Assembly (NCBI GenBank): GCA_964291675.2
Contig: OZ219866.1
Location: 928,001-992,000 of the forward strand
From: Alphaproteobacteria bacterium
GTDB lineage: Bacteria > Pseudomonadota > Alphaproteobacteria > MPNO01
Direction: 5' to 3'
DNA: 64,000 bases
Every line of letters starts with the position of its first letter. Within the stretch, counting starts at the first letter, position 1. Of the stretch, positions 55,886 through 64,000 are shown one piece after another. The notes beneath the pieces are model-generated. The model was given only the letters and a program-made list of their open reading frames with translations, made no database searches and had not been told where the DNA came from. Made by a program: the position numbers and the translations under genes.

Positions 55886-57232
55886 ATGACACGTCAACTG
55901 TTCGGCACCGACGGCATAAGGGGCCTGGCGAACTCCGAGCCGATGACCGCTCAGACGGCGCTGCGCGTCGGCATGGCGGCGGGCGCGTTGTTCACCCGCG
56001 GCGAACACCGCCACCGTGCGGTGATCGGCAAGGACACGCGGCTGTCGGGCTATATGCTGGAGCCCGCGCTGACCGCCGGCTTCATCGCCATGGGCATGGA
56101 TGTGATCATGGTCGGCCCGATGCCGACCCCGGCGGTGGCGATGCTGACGCGCAGCCTGCGCGCCGATATCGGGGTGATGATCTCGGCCTCGCATAACGGC
56201 TATGCGGATAACGGGATCAAGCTGTTCGGCCCGGACGGATACAAGCTGTCCGACGAGGCGGAGGCAGAAATCGAGGCGCTGGTCGATGCCGACCTCGGCA
56301 AGTGCCACGCCGCCTCCGCCGGGCTCGGCCGCGCCCAGCGCCTCGACGACGCCAAGGGGCGCTATATCGAGTTCGTCAAGAACACGTTTCCGCGCGGGCG
56401 GCGGCTCGACGGCCTGAGGGTGGTGATCGACTGCGCCAACGGCGCCGGCTACCGGGTTGCGCCGGCCGCGCTGTGGGAGCTCGGCGCCGAGGTGATCCCG
56501 ATCGGGGTTGCGCCGGACGGATTCAACATCAACCGGGAATGCGGCAGCACCGATCCCGGCGTCATGCGCGAGGCCGTGCGCCGGCAGGGCGCCGATATCG
56601 GAATCGCGCTCGACGGCGACGCCGACCGGGTGCTGATCGCCGACGAGGAGGGCGCGCTGCTCGACGGCGACCAGCTCATGGCGATGATCGCCCGATCGTG
56701 GCAGGAGACGGGCAGGCTGAAAGGCGGCGGCCTGGTCGCCACGGTGATGTCCAATCTGGGCCTCGAGATCTACGCCGAGACCCACGGGCTCAGGGTGGAA
56801 CGGACCCGTGTCGGCGACCGCTATGTCGTCGAGCACATGCGCCGCCACGGGTTCAATGTCGGTGGCGAACAGTCCGGCCATATCATCCTCAACGACTACT
56901 CCACCACCGGGGACGGGCTGATCGCGGCGCTCGAGGTGCTCGCCGTGGTGGTCGGGTCCGGTCGCAAGGTGAGCGAGGTCGGGCGGATGTTCAGGCCGCT
57001 GCCGCAGCTCCTCCGGAACGTCCGTTTCGCCGGGCAGTTCCCGCTCGACAACGAGACCGTGCAATGCGCGGTCAGGGAGGCCGAGTCGCGTCTCGGCCGG
57101 GACGGCAGGCTGCTGATCCGCAAATCCGGCACGGAACCGCTGATCCGCGTGATGGCCGAGGGGCCCGACGAGACGCTGATCGCCGATGTGGTCTCCAAGC
57201 TGGTCGACGCCATCGAGCGGGTCGCCGCCTGA
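55886..57232 (+). CDS. glmM: Phosphoglucosamine mutase
   Basis: [32 protein letters not shown]; ATG at 55886. Confidence 0.97.
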   Translation: MTRQLFGTDGIRGLANSEPMTAQTALRVGMAAGALFTRGEHRHRAVIGKDTRLSGYMLEPALTAGFIAMGMDVIMVGPMPTPAVAMLTRSLRADIGVMISASHNGYADNGIKLFGPDGYKLSDEAEAEIEALVDADLGKCHAASAGLGRAQRLDDAKGRYIEFVKNTFPRGRRLDGLRVVIDCANGAGYRVAPAALWELGAEVIPIGVAPDGFNINRECGSTDPGVMREAVRRQGADIGIALDGDADRVLIADEEGALLDGDQLMAMIARSWQETGRLKGGGLVATVMSNLGLEIYAETHGLRVERTRVGDRYVVEHMRRHGFNVGGEQSGHIILNDYSTTGDGLIAALEVLAVVVGSGRKVSEVGRMFRPLPQLLRNVRFAGQFPLDNETVQCAVREAESRLGRDGRLLIRKSGTEPLIRVMAEGPDETLIADVVSKLVDAIERVAA

Positions 57233-57236
57233 CGTC

Positions 57237-58436
57237 TCAGCCGTCGTCGTTCGCCCGGGCCGCCTCCACCAGCCTCTTCGCGAACCAGCGGTAGAAGCAG
57301 TGGGTGGCGCCCTCCATGACCGGCGAGAGCACGCCGCCGCGATAGGCCGGCGAGGCGCGGCCGCGCTGCATTCCCTCGACGACGGATCGGTCCTCCTCGA
57401 AGATGCCGCGCCAGAGCGCCGCATTGGCCCGGCGCGCCTCCGCGCGGCGTTCGTCGAGGGCCGCGTCGGCGAAGTAGTAGATGTCGACATGCTCGACGGT
57501 CCGACCGGGACCCCTGGGTTGCAATGCGACGGTGTAGAAGTGATCGGCATGGATGCCGAACAGCGCGGTCGGGAAGAGCGCGACATATTCCGCCGTCCCG
57601 TGCCAACGCCGGGGCAGCCCCGGCATGGTGGGGAAAGCGTCTCCGTTCTCCACCGGCTGCGGCCGGTACGCCGAGGTGCCCTGGCCGGCATAGCCGTCCT
57701 GCTCCTGCGCGATCACGTAGTGATCCTCGAGCCGCGAATAGCTGTTGAGGCCGGGGTGTATCCACGGCAGGTGGTAAGCCTCGCAGAAGTTCTCGACCGC
57801 CAGCTTCCAGTTGCAGGCGACATCCAGGACGCAGGAGGAATCGCCGTCGTCGAACCGAAGCGCGGCGGGATCGAAATCCTTCCAGCGTTCGGCCAGCGGC
57901 GCGATGAAGGTCTCGAAAGGCTCGGCGTCGCCGCTCAGGTTGACGAACACGGCGTCGAACCAGGTCGCCGTTCGCACCGGTCTGAGCCCGTGCCGCGTCT
58001 TGTCGAAGCCCGGGAAGTTCCCCTGGTCCGGACCGCCGATCATGGGCGTCGCGCGAAGCGAGCCGTCCAGACCGTAGGTCCAGGAGTGGTAGGGGCAACG
58101 GATGGTGCCGCGCAGCCGCGCGGGCTTTTCCATCAGCGTCATGCCCCGGTGGCTGCACACGTTGTGGAAGACGCGCACCTCGCCGTCGCGCCCGCGCAGC
58201 ATGATCAGCGGCGCGCCGGCGAGCTCGACCGGTCGCGCATCGCCGGCTTCGGGCACGCGCCGACCGGTTCCTATGCAGGCCCAGGAGCGCGCGAGCAGGT
58301 GCTCCTGCTCCCATCGGGCGAATTCCTCGCAGACATACGCCTCGTTCGGCGGTCCGCTCGCCTGCCCGATCGCGCGCATGACGTTCGCCAATGCGGCGGT
58401 CGCTTGTGCGCCGCTGTTCCACCAGCGATGGGCCAT
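57237..58436 (-). CDS. Rieske non-heme iron oxygenase alpha subunit (choline-monooxygenase-like)
   Basis: CSH...CPYH Rieske motif, NWKLAVENFCEAYHLPWIH, EED; ATG at 58436. Confidence 0.9.
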   Translation of the reverse strand: MAHRWWNSGAQATAALANVMRAIGQASGPPNEAYVCEEFARWEQEHLLARSWACIGTGRRVPEAGDARPVELAGAPLIMLRGRDGEVRVFHNVCSHRGMTLMEKPARLRGTIRCPYHSWTYGLDGSLRATPMIGGPDQGNFPGFDKTRHGLRPVRTATWFDAVFVNLSGDAEPFETFIAPLAERWKDFDPAALRFDDGDSSCVLDVACNWKLAVENFCEAYHLPWIHPGLNSYSRLEDHYVIAQEQDGYAGQGTSAYRPQPVENGDAFPTMPGLPRRWHGTAEYVALFPTALFGIHADHFYTVALQPRGPGRTVEHVDIYYFADAALDERRAEARRANAALWRGIFEEDRSVVEGMQRGRASPAYRGGVLSPVMEGATHCFYRWFAKRLVEAARANDDG

Positions 58437-58623
58437 TACTCGATTCCTCCGCTGCGAGCGGCCGATATACCGGCCGGTGTCCGGCGACCCGGCCGAAAGG
58501 TGGGCCCATTTTGGATCCGCCGCAAGCAGACTCTGCGGTTCGGGCCGGGCGGCCGGGACGGGTTCACGCTCCGGTCGGACCCCGCTATCGTCGCAGCCAT
58601 GACACGTCACTCTGTCGGTTCCC

Positions 58624-59463
58624 ATGCCATCGGGCGGGTCGCGGCCTGACGCCCCGTCGCCGGCCCGGATCCTGATCGTCGCCGGGTCGGATTCCGGCGG
58701 CGGGGCGGGGATCCAGGCCGACATCAAGACGGTCGCCGCGCTCGGCGGCTACGCGGCGACCGCGGTGACCGCGCTGACCGCGCAGGACACCAGGGGCGTC
58801 CATGGCGTGGTGCCGGTCGATCCCGGCTTCGTGCAGCAGCAGATGCGGGTCGTCATCGACGATATCGGGGTCGACTGCGTGAAGACCGGCATGCTGCACG
58901 ATGCGGCGACGATCGAGGCCGTGGCCGCCGTGCTCGACGAGCTCGGCGACGTGCCGGTGGTGGTCGATCCGGTCATGGTGGCCAAGGGGGGCGCGCCATT
59001 GCTGGAGCCGGACGCGATCGGCGCGCTGGTCTCCCGCCTGCTGCCCTTGGCCCGCGTGCTCACCCCCAACGCGCCCGAAGCGGAAGCCTTGACCGGGATG
59101 GAGGTCGGCGACCGCGAGACCATGGAACGGGCCGCGAAGCGCCTGGTCGGAATGGGTTGCGACGCGGTCTATCTCAAGGGCGGGCATCTCCCCGGCGCCC
59201 GCATCGAGGACCTCCTGGTCGCCGGGTCCGGCATCGAAGTGCTGACCGCCGAGCGGATCGAGACCGCGCACACCCATGGCACCGGCTGCACCCTGGCCTC
59301 GGCGATCGCCACCGGGCTGGGCCAGGGGCTCGGGCTCGGCCCGGCTTCTGCCCGCGCCCAGGCCTTCGTGCAGGCGGCGATCGCCCGCGCGCCCGGCTTC
59401 GGAAGCGGCCATGGTCCGACCTGGCACGGCCACACGGTGACCTCGTTCGAGCCGCCGGATTAG
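58624..59463 (+). CDS. thiD: Hydroxymethylpyrimidine/phosphomethylpyrimidine kinase
   Basis: AGSDSGGGAGIQADIK, KTGML, DPVM, TPN..EA, HGTGCT. Confidence 0.95.
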   Translation: MPSGGSRPDAPSPARILIVAGSDSGGGAGIQADIKTVAALGGYAATAVTALTAQDTRGVHGVVPVDPGFVQQQMRVVIDDIGVDCVKTGMLHDAATIEAVAAVLDELGDVPVVVDPVMVAKGGAPLLEPDAIGALVSRLLPLARVLTPNAPEAEALTGMEVGDRETMERAAKRLVGMGCDAVYLKGGHLPGARIEDLLVAGSGIEVLTAERIETAHTHGTGCTLASAIATGLGQGLGLGPASARAQAFVQAAIARAPGFGSGHGPTWHGHTVTSFEPPD

Positions 59464-59469
59464 CCCGTA

Positions 59470-60279
59470 TCAGGCGAGCTCGCGCGAGCGCCTCGCGGCG
59501 GCGGCGATGGCGCGCTTCATCAGCGCCGCCATCCCGTCATCCGCCATCAGCACGCCGAGCGCGGCCTCGGTGGTGCCGCCCGGGCTGGTGACGTTGATGC
59601 GAAGCTGGGCGGCGTCCTCGTCCGACAGCCGCGCGAGCTCGCCCGATCCCGCGACCGTCGCGCGCGCGAGCCTTGCCGCGATGTCCGGCGGCAGGCCCTC
59701 GGCGATCCCCGCCTCGGTCATGCACTCGATCAGCAGGAAGACATAGGCGGGGCCGCTGCCCGAGACCGCGGTGACCGCGTCGATCAGCCCTTCGTCCTCG
59801 ACCCAGACGACTTCGCCGATGGCGGTGAGCAGGCGCTGGCAGAGCGCGCGCTGGTCCGCGCCGACCCGGGCGTTGGCGCAGGCCGCGGTGATGCCGCGCC
59901 CGACCGCCGCCGGCGTGTTGGGCATCGACCGGACGATCGCGGCGCCTTCCCCGAGCGCGGCCTCGAAGAACCCGATCGGCCGGCCGGCGGCGATCGAGAG
60001 CGTCACCGCGCCCGCGGCCGCGACCGGCGCGTAAGCCGCCGCCATGTCGGGCAGGGTCTGCGGCTTGACGGCGAAGACGACCACGGCGGGGGGATCGTCC
60101 GAAAGCCGCGCGGGGTCTTCCAGCACGCGGACGCCATGCGCCTTGCGCGCGGCCTCCGCGGCGTCCGGCTGCGGTTCGATCACCGTGATGTCGCCGGCCT
60201 CGGCGCCGCGCTCGATCCAGCCCGAGAGCATGGCGCCGCCCATCTTGCCGCAACCCACCAGAAGCAGACGATCGCCCAT
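59470..60279 (-). CDS. proC: Pyrroline-5-carboxylate reductase
   Basis: GCGKMG, AVKPQ, MPNTP, SGSGPAY, VTSPGGTT. Confidence 0.96.
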   Translation of the reverse strand: MGDRLLLVGCGKMGGAMLSGWIERGAEAGDITVIEPQPDAAEAARKAHGVRVLEDPARLSDDPPAVVVFAVKPQTLPDMAAAYAPVAAAGAVTLSIAAGRPIGFFEAALGEGAAIVRSMPNTPAAVGRGITAACANARVGADQRALCQRLLTAIGEVVWVEDEGLIDAVTAVSGSGPAYVFLLIECMTEAGIAEGLPPDIAARLARATVAGSGELARLSDEDAAQLRINVTSPGGTTEAALGVLMADDGMAALMKRAIAAAARRSRELA

Positions 60280-60294
60280 CGCCCGTCCCCCCGA

Positions 60295-60792
60295 TCAGGC
60301 CTCTCCACAGGTCTCCAGCATAGCAGCCTCCACCGCCCCGGCGGGGTTTTTCCCGCCCCAGACCACCAGGTGGAAGGCCGGGTAGAAGCGCTCGCATTCG
60401 TTGTGGGAGATGTCGATCAGGTCCTCGAGCTGTTCGACGCTCGCCTGCGAGATGCCGCGCAGCATCAGCGCGTGGCGGTAGACCACCAGCCCGTCGTCGA
60501 GCCACAGGTCGAAATGCCCGATGATCAGCCGTTCGTTGACGATCGCCAGCAACTGCGCGACCTCGGCGTTGCGTTCCGGCGGCACGCGCAGCTCGAAGGC
60601 GCAGGCGTAGAGCAGCGCGCGCACCTCCGGATGCCAGGTCAGGAACGCCCGGTAGCTGCACCAATGGCCTTCGAGGCCGAGCGCGAGGTCCTGCGGGCCG
60701 GAGCGGTCGATGCGGCAGTCATAGCCGCTCGCCACCTCTTCCATCAGGTCGAGCGGGTTGACCTCCATGTCGTCGGACGGCTCGAACTCCAT
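60295..60792 (-). CDS. YbjN-domain protein
   Basis: NPLDLME, GHWCSY, NERLIIGHFDLW, ECERFYPAF, ETCGEA; upstream of proC; start uncertain. Confidence 0.85.
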   Translation of the reverse strand: MEFEPSDDMEVNPLDLMEEVASGYDCRIDRSGPQDLALGLEGHWCSYRAFLTWHPEVRALLYACAFELRVPPERNAEVAQLLAIVNERLIIGHFDLWLDDGLVVYRHALMLRGISQASVEQLEDLIDISHNECERFYPAFHLVVWGGKNPAGAVEAAMLETCGEA

Positions 60793-60943
60793 CCTCGCTT
60801 CCTGATAACGCAAGGGGCGGATGGGTCGAACATATTGGGTTCGACTTAGCCCTACCTACCAGATATAGGATGACAGATCGGTTTTTGCCGCACAAGGACA
60901 ATCCCCGGTCCGAGGCCCGGCGTGCGCGGCGAAGCGGGAGATT

Positions 60944-61240
60944 TCAGCCCGCCGCCGGCTTCCGGCGCTTCGGCTTCGGGGCGGGGGCGGTCTTGGCGGC
61001 CAGCGCGGCTTCCAGCGCCGCGACCCGCTCGGCCAGAACTTCCTGCTCGGCGCGGGCGTTGGCGGCCATCTCGCGTGCCGCCTCGAACTCGTCGCGCCTG
61101 ACCAGGTCCATGCCGGCGAGGATGCGTTCGAGCCGGGCATGCACCAGCGCCTCGACCTCGCGCTTCATGGCGACCGCGGTTCCCACCGCCCCCTCGGCGA
61201 GCCGCGCGGCGTCCTCCAGGATGCGGTTGTTCGACTGCAT
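60944..61240 (-). CDS. ubiK: UbiK-family (BMFP) accessory factor
   Basis: MQSNNRILED..MDLVRRDEFEA..RVAALEA. Confidence 0.85.
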   Translation of the reverse strand: MQSNNRILEDAARLAEGAVGTAVAMKREVEALVHARLERILAGMDLVRRDEFEAAREMAANARAEQEVLAERVAALEAALAAKTAPAPKPKRRKPAAG

Positions 61241-61443
61241 GGCCCGACTGTGCCGCAACCCGGCGGGTTCGGCAAGCGGCGGGAATACCGCGGGACGAAC
61301 CTCTTGGGGGGAGGCGGGTTGGCGATCCGTAATGGACTGATGCTGGCGGAGGGGGTATTTGAACCGCGAACTCTGCGCGAGAGCATCGTCCGGGTTTGCC
61401 CCAAGCGAATATCCGCGACGCGGATCCTGGGCAGGAGGCACAG

Positions 61444-62802
61444 ATGTTGAAGCGTCTGCGACTGGCCAATTTCAAGGCGTGGGAGGAGGCCGATCTACGA
61501 TTCGGCAGGGTGACCGGGTTCTTCGGCACCAACAGCGCCGGCAAGAGCAGCCTCCTCCAGCTCCTGCTCTTGCTCAAGCAGACGAAGAATGCGACGGACC
61601 GGGGCCTGGTGCTGGATTTCGGCGGGCCTTCCGACTTGGTGAACCTCGGAACCTATAGCGATGTCGTGCACCGGCATGACGAAGAGACAAGAATAAGCTG
61701 GCTCCTCGACTGGTCCCTCCCGGAAATCATGAGGATCAACCAGCGAGTAGCATCTCCCAGCCCGCTCGAATTGGAGGGAAATTCCCTTCAGACACGATGT
61801 GAGGTCGGTCTGCGGCGCGAACGCCCTTGGCCGTATGCGTTGGCCTACACGTTCGATCAGATAGATTTCCTCGTGGAATCTCAACTGGGGTCGGAAAACA
61901 ACTTCAAGCTGGACACATCTGCCGCCGAATTCAGGTTCAAACGCAATCAGGGTCGAGCATGGCCGCTCTCCCACCCGATCAAGACGCACCTATTTCCGAA
62001 CGAGATGAGACGTTTCTATCAGAACGCCGATTTTCTGCGCGGCTTCGAGTTGGAATACGAACGTTTCATGGACTCAATTTACTACTTGGGGCCTCTCCGG
62101 GAGTATCCACAACGTGAGTACGGCTGGGCGGGTTCCAGCCCCGGCGATGTCGGACAGCGGGGAGAGCGCACGGTAGACGCGATCCTCTCCGCCACTCGCG
62201 ACGGACAGTTGCGAAATCTCGGATATAGGAAGAGAAGAAAGACGTTTCAGGAGATGATCGCACATTGGCTGAGCGAGCTAGGGCTGATTCATGAGTTTCG
62301 AATCAAGGAAATTGCGAGAGGTACGAACCTGTACCGAGCGGAAGTGAAAACTACCGAGTCGAGTCCATGGACCCTCTTGACCGATGTCGGGTTCGGCGTG
62401 TCCCAGGTGCTGCCTGCCTTGGTTCTCCTCTACTACGTTCCGGAGGGTTCAACCGTGTTGATGGAGCAGCCGGAGATACATCTCCATCCGGCCGTGCAGA
62501 GCGGGCTGGCCGACGTCATGCTGAGCGTCGCGAAGACCCGGGACGTTCAGATTGTCGTGGAAAGCCATAGCGAGCATCTGATGCGGCGCCTTCAACGGCG
62601 GGTGGCCGAAGGTGAGGCATCTGCGGAAGATGTCAAGCTGTACTTCGTTTCAACCGATGGGCGGAGTGCGCAGACTTCCGATTTGTCCCTCAACGAGTGG
62701 GGCGAAATCGAGAATTGGCCGGACCACTTCTTCGGCGACGAGATGGGCGAAATCGCGGCCATCACCAAGGCTTCTTTGAAGAGGAAAATAGGACATTCTT
62801 GA
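61444..62802 (+). CDS. ABC-type (AAA_15/AAA_21-like) ATPase with a DUF3696-like C-terminus
   Basis: LRLANFKAW, Walker A GTNSAGKSS, signature DVGFGVSQVLP, Walker B EQPEIHLHP, ESHSEH, C-terminal GEIENWPDHFF. Confidence 0.88.
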   Translation: MLKRLRLANFKAWEEADLRFGRVTGFFGTNSAGKSSLLQLLLLLKQTKNATDRGLVLDFGGPSDLVNLGTYSDVVHRHDEETRISWLLDWSLPEIMRINQRVASPSPLELEGNSLQTRCEVGLRRERPWPYALAYTFDQIDFLVESQLGSENNFKLDTSAAEFRFKRNQGRAWPLSHPIKTHLFPNEMRRFYQNADFLRGFELEYERFMDSIYYLGPLREYPQREYGWAGSSPGDVGQRGERTVDAILSATRDGQLRNLGYRKRRKTFQEMIAHWLSELGLIHEFRIKEIARGTNLYRAEVKTTESSPWTLLTDVGFGVSQVLPALVLLYYVPEGSTVLMEQPEIHLHPAVQSGLADVMLSVAKTRDVQIVVESHSEHLMRRLQRRVAEGEASAEDVKLYFVSTDGRSAQTSDLSLNEWGEIENWPDHFFGDEMGEIAAITKASLKRKIGHS

Positions 62803-63278
62803 TGAATACGTTTGTCGTGGACACCAATGTTGCAATCGTCGCTAATGGTGGGCACGGGGTCGATGCGGACGAGTCGTGCCAACTAACCTGTGCGGAGAGG
62901 TTGGAACGCTTGGTGCAGCGCGAAACGGTAGCCGTCGATGAAACTGGGCTACTCATCGAAGAATACGCCAGACACCTATCATGGGCCGGCGCACCCGGCG
63001 TCGGCGATATGTTTTTCAAGCACTTGGTCGATCGGCAGTATGCGAAGGACCGGGTTTGTCGGGTGTCCATCATCGAGTCCGATGACGATCGCAGAGGATT
63101 TGAACAACTTCCCGCAAACGATTTCGACCCGTCGGACCGCAAGTTCCTGGCGGTCGCCGTTGTGGCCGATGCAGTGGTGATGAACGCCACCGACAGCGAC
63201 TGGGAAGAACACGCGGATCTGATGAACGAGCTGGGCGTGGAAGTCGACCAGCTTTGTCCCCAGCATGCCAGCAAGTGA
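62802..63278 (+). CDS. PIN-like domain protein
   Basis: FVVDTNV, EEY, DPSDRKFLAVA, NATDSDW give the acidic tetrad pattern; TGATG coupling to the ATPase. Confidence 0.7.
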   Translation: MNTFVVDTNVAIVANGGHGVDADESCQLTCAERLERLVQRETVAVDETGLLIEEYARHLSWAGAPGVGDMFFKHLVDRQYAKDRVCRVSIIESDDDRRGFEQLPANDFDPSDRKFLAVAVVADAVVMNATDSDWEEHADLMNELGVEVDQLCPQHASK

Positions 63279-63972
63279 CGTTGGCGGAGCGGCCGGAAAC
63301 GACGGTGCAACTTCCTTGAACCGGAAATATCCCAGAACCCCGTACTGGCCCTATTCGCCGGCCGTCGGGCGCGAGGACGGCATGCATCCGGACCCCGGGC
63401 GTTTCGTGGGCGTGCCCGTGGTGGTGACGGAGAAGCTGGACGGCAGCAACACGCTCTTGCACGACGGCAAGGTCTATGGACGCAGCGTGTCCGCCCCGTC
63501 CGAAGCGAAATGGATGGCGATGGCGAAGAAGCACCACGCCTGGAAGGTGACCGGACCGGAAGTCTATCTTTATGGAGAGGACATCTATGGTGTGCACAGC
63601 ATTGCCTACGCGGCGGTGCCCGAAGACCGGACGTTCTACGCCTTCGCGCTCCGCGACGGGGCCGGCGCCTTCGCCCCTTTCGCCGATTTGGAAAGCTATG
63701 CGGAGGGGCATGCGATCCCCGTCGTGCCCGTCCTGTTCCGCGGGATCTTCCGCTCGGTGGCCGAGCTGCGCGCCTTCCTGGAATGCGCCCACGCCGAGCC
63801 TTCCGTTCTCGGCGGCGAGCGCGAGGGAGCGGTCGTGCGGCTGGCTTCCGGGTTTCCCGGGTCCGAGTTCGCGTTCAACGTCTGCAAGAGCGTTCGCGCC
63901 GGCCATGTGCAGAGCGACGAGCATTGGATCAGGAACTGGAGGCCCTGCAAGATCGCGCGCAGCTCCGCCTAG
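63265..63972 (+). CDS. ATP-dependent RNA ligase family protein (nucleotidyltransferase domain)
   Basis: KYPRTP, motif I TEKLDGSN, LYGE, FYAF, EREGAVVR, CKSVR..HVQSDEHW; alternative TTG start at 63316. Confidence 0.87.
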   Translation: MPASDVGGAAGNDGATSLNRKYPRTPYWPYSPAVGREDGMHPDPGRFVGVPVVVTEKLDGSNTLLHDGKVYGRSVSAPSEAKWMAMAKKHHAWKVTGPEVYLYGEDIYGVHSIAYAAVPEDRTFYAFALRDGAGAFAPFADLESYAEGHAIPVVPVLFRGIFRSVAELRAFLECAHAEPSVLGGEREGAVVRLASGFPGSEFAFNVCKSVRAGHVQSDEHWIRNWRPCKIARSSA

Positions 63973-64000
63973 CCAAAGGGTCGTTCCAGGACAACCTTGT

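Noticed and set aside
55883-58609. 14-bp match GCCATGACACGTCA at the glmM start (55883) and upstream of thiD (58596)
   Set aside because: Short enough to arise by chance in a 64-kb self-comparison, and it does not extend on either side.

Overview
High-GC chromosomal segment of an alphaproteobacterium; gene content and order look Rhodospirillales-like (inference). The backbone is housekeeping: hydantoinase/oxoprolinase operon, pip, carD-fdxA-S4-helicase, htpG, acnA, rpmE, suhB-efp-epmB/epmA-thiE-fbaB, zapA-6S RNA, yebC-ruvCAB-ybgC-tolQRAB-pal-cpoB-tilS-ftsH-folP-glmM, thiD, proC and ubiK. Several small, visibly AT-richer accessory inserts interrupt it. Most notable: (1) a coupled ABC/AAA-ATPase + PIN-like nuclease + RNA-ligase operon at the right end, a candidate cut-and-repair defence or TA system; (2) an AhpD-like selenoprotein (CxxU, in-frame UGA at 24373, only partly captured by the ORF track) inside a GST/GST/AhpD redox islet; (3) a single-domain globin followed by a membrane-anchored protein with three DUF4388/PATAN-like repeats, lying where tkt-gap-pgk usually sit; (4) two perfect parS boxes, each fused to a covarying hairpin, forming a 42-bp inverted repeat around acnA and a hydrolase gene; (5) a DUF433/PIN TA pair bracketed by a 47-bp direct repeat; (6) a thiE gene with no canonical start codon. 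No CRISPR array, rRNA or intact tRNA was seen. All family assignments are from motif recognition by eye; no database search was run.
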